Source: Eledone cirrhosa
Taxonomy: Eukaryota
DNA length: 64,000 bases
Direction: 5' to 3'
Assembly (NCBI GenBank): GCA_964016885.1
Contig: OZ024763.1
Location: forward strand, 18,538,001 to 18,602,000
The translations under genes were made by a program, and so were the position numbers. Positions 54,166 to 64,000 of this stretch are shown in pieces. The notes under the pieces were generated by a model that did no database searches, had not been told where the DNA came from, and was given only the letters and a program-made list of their open reading frames with translations. The first letter of the stretch is position 1. Every line of letters starts with the position of its first letter.

Positions 54166-55062
54166 TCATAATCTATAAAGCTCAGTGTGTGGTCATGCTC
54201 CTTCGTTATAGAAATCTACGATATAGAATTTCTTCAATTGAAATTTACAATTCAGGATTCGAAATAGTTTCGATTGCGTCATGACGCAGATAATTTTTTC
54301 AATTTCACCCACAATTACGCAAAAAATAGATAAAACTCAATATTTTACGATTTTTCTCTGTCATTTAAACTGCTGAACTCTTTCTACTACCATTCAAAAT
54401 CTATACAACTTCATACTTTCTGCTACTTTCTCTTTCCAAGCTTGATGGTGATACTGTCCGTTCACACCACTCCCTACTGTCTTAAATTTAGAAAACACAT
54501 ATCCTCTATGAGGTTACTAAACCTGCTAGAAACAGCAGCGAACTCCCCCCCATATCACACCCCTCCCTACTGTCTTAAATTTAGAAAACATATTCTCTAT
54601 GAGGTCACTAAACCTGCTAGAAACAGCAGCTAACTCTCCTCCATATCACACCACTCCCTACTGTCTTAAATTTAGAAAACACATATCCTCTATGAGGTCA
54701 CTAAACCTGCTAGAAACAACAGCTAACTCTCCCTCATATCACAACCCTCCCTACTGTCTTAAATTTAGAAAACAAACAGACAACCATGCAGAACAACTCC
54801 ATCGTAGCTCTGTTGTTCGGCTGGCATCGTCTACGCGCGTGTTGCGCAAGTACTGTGAAACAATAAATTTCAACACTTTTTTGCACAGAGATAATATCCA
54901 TAGGCGAAACTACAATTGTCACTGCTGGCGCAGCTCCTGCTTCCAGGTCTGCAATTCATTCACCCAGTGCCTGACAGACAAAAAAGTGCTGCCATAAAAT
55001 GGGTGGTGCAACCTAACTTTGGTAACTTAATGACCCCGAGCAACGCTGGGCTTTAATGCTAG
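54166..55062 (+). mobile_element. Non-autonomous Helitron, copy 2
   Basis: A|TCATAATCTATAAAG...CCCGAGCAACGCTGGG CTTTAATG CTAG|T; about one fewer ~92-bp internal unit than copy 1. Confidence 0.85.
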
Positions 55063-55193
55063 TATATATATAAATCTATATACATACATACACTTCCATA
55101 CCTTGTTTTCTTACTCTCTATGTAATCATATATCCACATGTACACACATGTATGTCAGTGTTATTTTTTATGTAAGAAAACTGCTGGGTGAGA

Positions 55194-55241
<48 letters not shown>

Positions 55242-55577
55242 GCATATGTATATGTATACATATGTATGTGTGTATGTATATATATATATATATATACATG
55301 TGTGTATTTATATATATGTGTGTGTCTATATATGTGTATATATATATGTCTGTGTGTGTATGTATATGTATATATATATGTGTGTATATGTGAGTGTGTC
55401 TACATGTGTATCTATATATATATGTGTGTGTGTATATATCTATCTCTCTCTCTATATATATGTACTCAGATAAAGTTTACAGAGAAGGTTTATAATGTTT
55501 GACAAACTGTATCATGTCCTGTGGTGATGGTCATGTGGAGGGACTGTCTATTGTAGGCTCTTGTTCATCTCTCTCTA

Positions 55578-55618
<41 letters not shown>

Positions 55619-55934
55619 CCGTCTCTGTCTCTCTCCCTCCCTCTATCTCCCACCTCCTCTCCCTCCATCTCCCACCTCCTCTCCCTCCATCTCCCACCCC
55701 TCCCTCCCGCTATCTCTCTCTCTTCCTCTCCCTATCTCTCTCTCTCTCTCCCTCTCTATCTCCCCCACCGCCCCCCTCTTCCCCTCTACTTCCCCCTCTT
55801 TCTTTTCCACTCTTCCCCTCTCTCCCCTCTCCCCTCTCTCGCCCCCTCCCACCTCTCTCTCCCTCTCTCAGCAACTGGTCTAGTTTTGTTAGGGTTTTGT
55901 TTATTTATTCAACTGGTGTTGGTAGTAGTGGTGG

Positions 55935-55965
<31 letters not shown>

Positions 55966-56429
55966 GAGGGTGGCGGTTGTGGTGTTGGTAGTGTGGGTGG
56001 TGGTGGTGGGGTTTAGTGTTGGTGTAGTCTTGTTGTTGTAGTTAGTGGTGGTTGTGGGGGCGGTATTGGTAATGCGTGGGGGGGGGGGGGATTATGGTGT
56101 TGGTAGGGCTGTTGGTACCCGGGGGTAGGGCGGAGTGTGAGAGAGAGCTCTTGCTTTGAACTCTAGTGCTACAGACTGGCTAATGTACCCTGCACTCTGG
56201 GAATTCTATAAATGTTGTTGTTGTTACTGCTGTTGTTGCTAACATACATGAACTAATATGAACTGGTGACACCCACCACCTTACTGAGGGTTAAAGAGTG
56301 AATAACCCCTCCCCCCACACACACTACTACTACCACCACCACTACTATCAACAACAAAACCACCACTACTATCAACAACAACAAAACCAACACCACCACC
56401 ACTAACAACAACAACAAAAACAAAATGAC

Positions 56430-58175
56430 CACTACAACATTTTTTTTTCCTTTTTTGTTTCTCTCTCTCTTTTTTCTGGGTTAGCAAATGATTAAAACGA
56501 AATGTTTTACTTTGTGTGAAGTGTTAAGGGATTAGTTGATTTATTTATTATTTAACAATGGCATTTATTTATTTATTTATATATTTAATAATTGTCTATT
56601 ACCGGTTTCAGCATTGTTATGCATTATCAAATGATAGTGAAATGTATTAGTGTGGTGTCGCACATGTCAAACAGAAGGTGCAGAAAGAATAATGTTATTT
56701 ACAAACAAGGTTTATGAAGTGAAAAGAAAAAGGAAAAAAAAAACGTGCATAATGTAGAGCAAAGGTTCTCAACGGGGGGCATATGCACCCCCAGGGGGCG
56801 TTTTGGAACTCCAGGGGGGCGTTTGGGAGCAAGGGGGCACTAGGGGTGAGTTTGGAGCTTTGGAGTGCACTGGAAGGCTCTTTACTTTGGTAAGTTTTAT
56901 AAGCCATATGTGTATGTCTTTGAGACAGCCAGTGTGAATGCATTTGAATGAGCATGCAGACAGCATAACTATAGTCTGGCCGCAGCTGTGAGCAGGTGTG
57001 CAGGCGTGTTTAGACATTATCCGGCAATTGAGATCCTAACAATGGAAAAACCCACAGTCAACTGGGTCAAGGACACTTCAAGCGCAGCCAGTTAGAATCT
57101 TGTCTTTCCTTCACCGATAACAATGTATTTCATGTCTGAAATTATTGATTCAACCGTAACGAGTTAACACTATGTAGATCTATTTTATTTCCTATTGTAT
57201 AAATAATATTACAAATAAAAAAAATCAAAAAAAATCCCAGAAGTGGGTAGCACACACATCTAGGACTACATACAACACAGAAATCAGATAATACACACAT
57301 CTAGGACCACATACAACACATAAGCAGGTAATACACACATATAGGACCACATACAACACATAAGCAGGTAATACACACATCTAGGACCACATACAACACA
57401 TAAGCAGGTAATACACACATATAGGACCATATACAACACATAAGCAGGTAATACACACATCTAGGACCACATGCAACACATAAGGATATCAAAATCAGTA
57501 GTATATTGAAAAATGGAAAAATAGGGTAGGGGGGCGTTTCGTTATTTCGAGGGACAAAAGGGGGCGTTTGGCCTAAATGGGTTGAGAACCTGTGATGTAG
57601 AGGATAAAAAGTCAATCTGGAAGAAAAAATAATGTTATTTACACCCTACCTAATCCTTTTTCTTAAATAAATTAAATATCATCCAGCAAGAATTGCTTCC
57701 CCCTGCATATTAACTCTCTAAAATGGGAAATCATATCAAACCTCAGTCCACCATTTGCTTCCATCATGGAATCATGGATCAACTAAACACTCTTGCTATA
57801 TTAACACATTTTAATCTGCTTTACTTCAATAACTATGCCTGTAAATAACATTATTTTTTCTTCCACATTGATTTTTATGCTCTACATTATGCACGTTTTT
57901 TTTCCTTTTTCTTTTTTCTTTTCACTTCATAAACCTTGTTTGTAAATAACATTATTCTTTCTGCACCTTCTGTTTGACATGTGCGACACCACACTAATAC
58001 ATTTCACTATCATTTGATAATGCATAACAATGCTGAAATAAATAAATGCCATTATTAAATAATAAATAAATCAACTAATCCCTTAACATTTCACACAAAG
58101 TAAAACATTTCGTTTTAATCATTTTCTAACCCAGAAAAGAGAGAGAGAGAAACAAAAAAGGAAAAAAAAAAATTG
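56430..58175. repeat. Long inverted repeat (~340-bp arms, ~200-bp spacer); the left arm is interrupted by a hAT element
   Basis: 56430-56759 plus 57603-57643 is the reverse complement of 57840-58175. Confidence 0.85.
56760..57594. mobile_element. Non-autonomous hAT (Buster/Charlie-like) element with an internal 40-bp tandem repeat (57252-57483)
   Basis: TIRs CAAAGGTTCTCAAC / GTTGAGAACCTGTG; 8-bp TSD ATGTAGAG at 56752-56759 and 57595-57602 (central TA). Confidence 0.9.
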
Positions 58176-58204
58176 TTCTTCCTAATAATCGCCTCTTTCT
58201 CCGT

Positions 58205-58260
<56 letters not shown>

Positions 58261-58298
58261 AGGAGGTTATAGTTCACTTGAAGCATTGTGTAATGAGG

Positions 58299-58689
58299 TA
58301 TAAACGTTTGAATATGTGTAATAAAGCCCAAACAATGCAGGTATGGACATAGAAAAAAGAATGCAATTGTAAAAGATATTGTTGACAATTTGTCCTTTAC
58401 CTTAAATTTATTTAAATGTCCTTAATTTTCGAGATAATATCTCTTCTTCAGAGGGAAATAAAGGTCTCAAACCAGCGTTCTAAATATCTGGCTTGGCTAG
58501 ATATTTAGAACGCTGGTTTGAGACCTTTATTTCCCTCTGAAGAAGAGATATTATCTCGAAAATTAAGGACATTTAAATAAATTTAAGGTAAAGGACAAAT
58601 TGTCAACAATATCTTTTACAATTGCATTCTTTTTTCTATGTCCATACCTGCATTGTTTGGGCTTTATTACACATATTCAAACGTTTATA
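58299..58689. mobile_element. Near-perfect 190-bp-arm palindrome with divergent hammerhead motifs
   Basis: Apex ~58494. + strand 58534-58568: CCU CUGAAGA A GAGAU auu AUCUC GAAA AUUA^AGG; mirror copy at 58420-58454 (-). Confidence 0.8.
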
Positions 58690-58784
58690 TATATATATAT
58701 ATATAAATGAAAGGTATAGAAAAATATATATATCCTAACTCGTGTGCTTCCTCCACATTTTATTATTATATATATATATATATA

Positions 58785-58972
58785 GAAAAAAGTATGACCC
58801 CGACGGCAGAGCTCAAGCCGCTTCGGCGGCTATTTCTGGACAGAAATAGCCATCGTAACGGCTTGAGCTCTGTCGTCGGGGTCATACTTTTTCCTATTAC
58901 CCACTCTACTACCCTAAGTATTGAGTACTCTGGTGCGTTATGGTCCATCTGGTTTCTTACCACAATTCCTTC

Positions 58973-58975
<3 letters not shown>
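58785..58975 (+). mobile_element. CCCCGACGGC fold-back element
   Basis: Hairpin plus the family tail between TA tracts. Confidence 0.75.
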
Positions 58976-59030
<55 letters not shown>

Positions 59031-59373
59031 CATAAATTGAAACAAAATGAAAACGAAATTTCATTTCTCACTCTTAGTATGGCACTTACTTAAATGTAAG
59101 TATGCATGTATACGTACATACATATATGTATACAGACGTACAGTAGCATGCACATATATATATATATATATACATATATACATACATATGCATACAGGTA
59201 CACATACATATATGCACGAAAGAACAAATTTCGTTTTCATTTTGTTTCAATTTATCGTTTTCGGTATGCCTGACCGATTTAACTCACTCAATATGCAAAT
59301 TAGGCTGCTCAGCCGTTAATTTTCATAAGGAAAGTATATACTTTCGAACGTTCAACTATCTGGCAGATGGGTA

Positions 59374-59418
59374 AACGGTGCTGATGATAGCTAACAAGCT
59401 TGAAACTAGTACATCGTT
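59374..59418 (+). ncRNA. Minimal type-I hammerhead ribozyme
   Basis: AACGGUG CUGAUGA U AGC uaacaa GCU U GAAAC UA GUA^CAUCGUU; 7-bp stem I and palindromic ACUAGU. Confidence 0.8.
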
Positions 59419-59904
59419 CCTGTGTCAGTGTTGAACAAAAAGGTGACGTGGTTGCCTTAACACCGTATGGCATAAATTCAGGCTGTTCAGTTTGTTTACA
59501 AACGAACAAAGCGACGTTATAATAAGCGCCGCTAAACTGATACGTGCATATATGTATGTGTACCTGTATGCATATGTATGTATATATGTATATATATATA
59601 TATATATGTGCATGCTACTGTACGTCTGTATACATATATGTATGTACGTATACATGCATACTTACATTTACATATACATATATGGATGGCCTTCCTAATG
59701 CCGACCAATTTACAGAGTTCACTGGGTGCAATTTTTCATAGCCCATCACTACAGCTTTACTATATATGCCGAGTGCATTTTATAACAGCGGCACCACAAC
59801 TTTACTGAGTGCATTTTATTGTAGCACCATCACTAGAGAGGTTGTCATATGCTTGGCCAAATTGAAGAGTCTTCTGTACACCGTATTGTCTCTGATCAAT
59901 TGCA

Positions 59905-60100
59905 ACCACTTTACAGAGTGTACTGGGTGTACTTTATCATAGCACCAGGAATATCACTTTACAGAATGTACTGGGTGCACCTTATCATAGCACCAACAAT
60001 ATCACTTTACAGGGTGTACTGGGTGTACTTTATCATGGTGCCAGCAATATCACTTTACAGAGTGTACTGGGTATACTTTATCATGGTGCCAGCAATATCA
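59905..60100. repeat. 48-bp tandem repeat, 4 copies
   Basis: Unit cactttacagagtgtactgggtgtactttatcatggtgccagcaatat. Confidence 0.8.
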
Positions 60101-60229
60101 ATCAGTATATAAATATTAAATGTACTGTAGTTATAAATCCTCTAAACATATTTAAATGAATAATTATTAAATCTTGATTTAAGCTGATTTAAATGCTTTC
60201 ATAATCCTTTTTTGATTTATTTTATATCT

Positions 60230-60925
60230 CAGTCAGGTCAGACTTCTGCCTGCTACTGATATCATGTAACGCAGAATAACCTGCTTCAATGGTAGAGTGG
60301 TTGGTGACTCAACCAGCTTCCTCACCAGACCCTGGTCTAGTCAGATCAGGGTTCTGTCTGTTTCTGGTATCATGTAACGCAGAATAACCTGCTTCAATGG
60401 TAGAGTGGTTGGTGACTCAACCAGCTTCCTCACCAGACCCTGGTCTAGTCAGATCAGGGTTCTGTCTGTTTCTGGTATCATGTAACGCAGAATAACCTGC
60501 TTCAATAGTAGAGTGGTTGGTGACTCAACCAGCTTCCTCACCAGACCCTGGTCTAGTCAGATCAGGGTTCTGTCTGTTTCTGGTATCATGTAACGCAGAA
60601 TAACCTGCTTCAATGGTAGAGTGGTTGGTGACTCAACCAGCTTCCTCACCAGACCCTGCTCTGGTCAGGGCTTCTGCCTGCTACAGTATCATGTAACACA
60701 ATAACCTGCTTCATGGTAGAGTGGTTGGAAACTGGTTTGCTCACCAGACTGTGGTCTAGTCAGGTCAGCGTTCTGTCTGTTTCTGGTATTATGTAAACCT
60801 TGTACAACCTGCTTGTGTGGTCAGCAACTAAACTGGCTTCTTCACCAGATCCTGATCTGGTCAGGTCAGGTCAGGTCAAGCATCTGTCTTCTACTGGTGC
60901 CATGTAACCCAGTATAACCTCCTTC
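60230..60925. repeat. 108-bp tandem repeat, ~6 copies
   Basis: atcatgtaac recurs at 60261, 60369, 60477, 60585 and 60688, with decayed copies beyond. Confidence 0.9.
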
Positions 60926-60954
60926 ATTGTCAGAACAGGCTTTTGAGCTGACAA

Positions 60955-61862
60955 TACCACCACCAGCACCATTATCACCACCACCACCACCACCATCACC
61001 ACCACTACCACCACCACTATCACCACCACCACTACTACCATCACCACCACTACCACCATCACCACCATCACCACCATCACCACCATCACCACCACTACCA
61101 CCATCACCACCACTATCACTATCACCATCACCACCACCACCATCACCACCACCAACACCACCGCCACCACCACCACTATCACCACTGCCGCCACTATCGC
61201 CACCACCACCACCATCACTATCACCACCACCACCACTATAACCACCACCATCACTATCACCACCACCATCACCACCACTACCACCACCACTATCACCACC
61301 ACCACTATCACCACCACTACCACCATCACCACCACTACCACCATCACCACCATCACCACCATCACCACCACTACCACCATCACCACCACTATCACTATCA
61401 CCATCACCACCACCACCATCACCACCACCAACACCACCGCCACCTCCACCACTATCACCACTGCCACCACTATCGCCACCACCACCACCATCACTATCAC
61501 CACCACCACCACTATAACCACCACCATCACTATCACCACCACCATCACTTTAACCACCACCACCACTATGACCACCACCACCACTATAACAACCACCACA
61601 ACCACCACCACCACTATCACCACTGCCACCACTATCACCACCACCACTATCACCACCACCACCACTGCCACCACTATCACCACCACCACCACCACCACAA
61701 CCACTATCATCACCACCACTATAACCACCACCACCACCATAACCACCACCACCAACATCACTGCCACCACCACTATAACCACCACCACCACTAGGACTAT
61801 CACCACCACTATAACCACCACCACCACTATAACCACCACTACCACTACCACCACCACCACCA
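60955..61862. repeat. (ACC/ATC/ACT)n trinucleotide array with an internal ~290-bp duplication
   Basis: Direct inspection. Confidence 0.9.
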
Positions 61863-62489
61863 ACAGTAATATTTATTTACATATTGTAGTTTTAGTCAAT
61901 ACCAGTTTGTTAATAACATTCGTAGACGTTGTTGTTGTTGTTGTTGTAGTTTGTTGTTGTTGTTGGTATATGTTGTTGTTGTTGTTGTTGTTTGGTGACA
62001 TTCACAAGACAATACATAGTGTCAGAACTAAATACAACACGCACACACACACGAGCTGGTGCAGTAATGTGCCAGCTTCTGCATTTGGTAATCAAAAGAA
62101 GGTAATAGGAGGAGGTGAGGGGGGTGGGTCGGTCGGTCGGTAATTTTTCTATGATGTCACCGTTGATTTTTTTTTTTTTAAAACCAGAATTAGTCGTTTA
62201 GTTTACATATTGAGACCCTCAACTCATCCTATTTATTTTATAACTGCATCCTTTAAAACTGCCATGCTTGTTCCCCCCTCCATACATATACACACATGTA
62301 TATCATGACTGATACACTATTCACTTCCCTGACATTTGTGTATTATATCATCATCATCATCATCATCATCATTTTACGTCCGCTTTTCCCTGCTTGCAAG
62401 GGTGGGACGGGTCTTATTCAGCACAGCATCTCTCCACTCGTCACGGTCCCTCGTCATCTCCACCGTGAGCTTCAAAATATATATATATA

Positions 62490-62875
62490 AGGGCGGTCAA
62501 TTGGCTGTATCGGTAGAGGGTTGGACGCCATGCTTTCTAGCATAGTTACGTCCCTTTACAGTCTGAGTTCAAATCCCGCCAAGGTTAACTTTGCCTTTTA
62601 TCCTTACGGGGTCGATAAAGTAAAGTACCAGTAATGTACTGGGTAATTGCTGGCCTTGTGCCTAAAGTAGAAACAATTATAATACTGGTGGATTGGCAGT
62701 ATCGGTAGAGAGTCTGACGCCATGCTTTGATCCATAGAGTTACGGCCCTTTCCAATCTGAGTTCAAATCCCGCCGAGGTTAACTTTGCCTTTTATCCTTA
62801 CGGGGTCGATAAAATAAAGTACCAGTAATGCACTGGGGTAATTACTGGCCTTGTGCCTAAAGTGGAAACAATTAT
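62490..62875 (+). mobile_element. Two tandem full-length SINE family A copies
   Basis: Copies at 62490-62680 and 62686-62875, each with A/B boxes and the core. Confidence 0.85.
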
Positions 62876-63889
62876 TCTATGTACTATACATGCACCTTTG
62901 ACGAGTTGTAGTGCACCTGAGCACTTTACACAATAATTTCATTATATTATAACGTATGCGATTTCTAGTAATGTACCGATTCCCTGGCGTTGAAGACGCT
63001 ACTTTTTTCCTAAAATAAGTCTCAAAAATCTACCGTGGGTCTTGGAGACCGAAGGTTGTTCAAATCCCGCCTAGGTTAACTTTGCCTTTCATCCTTACGG
63101 CGTTGATAAAATAAAGTACCAGTAATACACTGGGATAATTGCTGGCCTTGTGCCAAAAGTAGAAACAATTATTTTTTTTTTTTCAAATTTTTGGTTGTCA
63201 AAATAAGGGTGCGTCCTCGAGGACCAAGCGTCGGAGCAGGGAAATATGACACTTCTTTTGTCATGTGTGATGTTTTTTAATGTATAAAGGGAGGCACATG
63301 GCTTAGTGGTTAGAGTATTGGCCTTGCAATCGAAAGGTTGTAAGTTCAATTCTCAGACCGGGTGTGGTGTTGTTTCCTTGAGCAAGACACTTTATTTCAC
63401 ATTGCTCCAGTTTACTCAGCTGTAGAAATGAGATGATAGGGACTGGGGTCCATATCATTCCACTGCAAAGTGGTCGTGTAGGTGCCATGGCAAAAAAGCA
63501 CCCAGCACTCACTGTAAATGAGGTTGGTGTTAGGAAGGGCATCCAGCTGTAGAAATCAAGCCAAAATCAGTTACCGTCCCACCCTTGCAAGCAGGGAAAA
63601 AGCGGACGTAAAATGAAATGATGATGATGAAAGAGAATTAATTGTTACAGGAATGCCACCACTTAAAATATAATTCTGCTGGAGATTGATTAGCAAAATT
63701 TAATAAGCTGGGAGGGGTTGGGGTGGAATATGAGTGGGTGGAGGAATCTGAAAAATTAATTGGTGGTGGTGGTGGAGGGGGGGTGGTATTTGGGACACAA
63801 GCATAAGTGTGAAAGCCATGCTTGCTATCTTCAATTCAGTATTTATGCCAACCCTTACCTATAGTCGTAAAACACGATTGCAAATACAA

Positions 63890-64000
63890 GTGGCCAAAAT
63901 GGGGGTTCCTCTGAAGGGTCTTTGGAGTAATGTTACTCAATAGTGGAGCCTGGAGATCAGAGAGTCACTCCAGGTAGAGCTACTACTTGTCCGAATTGAG
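63890..64000 (+). mobile_element. RTE-related fragment (same family as 37850-38772), running off the window end
   Basis: ggagatcagagagtcactccaggtagagctactactt..cgaattgag matches the 123-bp unit. Confidence 0.8.

Overview
This is a repeat-saturated eukaryotic, AT-rich intergenic or intronic region. I found no host protein-coding gene, and nearly all listed ORFs are microsatellite artefacts. The SINE types and the extreme (TA)n/(CA)n density suggest an octopod cephalopod, which is my inference only. Recognisable elements are RTE-clade LINE fragments (one with C-terminal C2H2 zinc fingers), tRNA-derived SINEs, two copies of a non-autonomous Helitron, hAT, piggyBac-like and Tc1/mariner-like MITEs, and several young TE-derived tandem arrays. 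The main signal is about 25 minimal type-I hammerhead ribozyme (HHR) motifs, intact or degenerate, all found by eye. Their layout is stem I, CUGANGA, stem II, GAAA, a short and often palindromic stem III, NUH, stem I. They belong to several unrelated short repeat families that sit in (TA)n tracts and often form fold-back palindromes. A Penelope-type GIY-YIG endonuclease remnant with its own downstream HHR-like core suggests a Penelope-like retroelement or retrozyme-like system. No folding or database search could be run.
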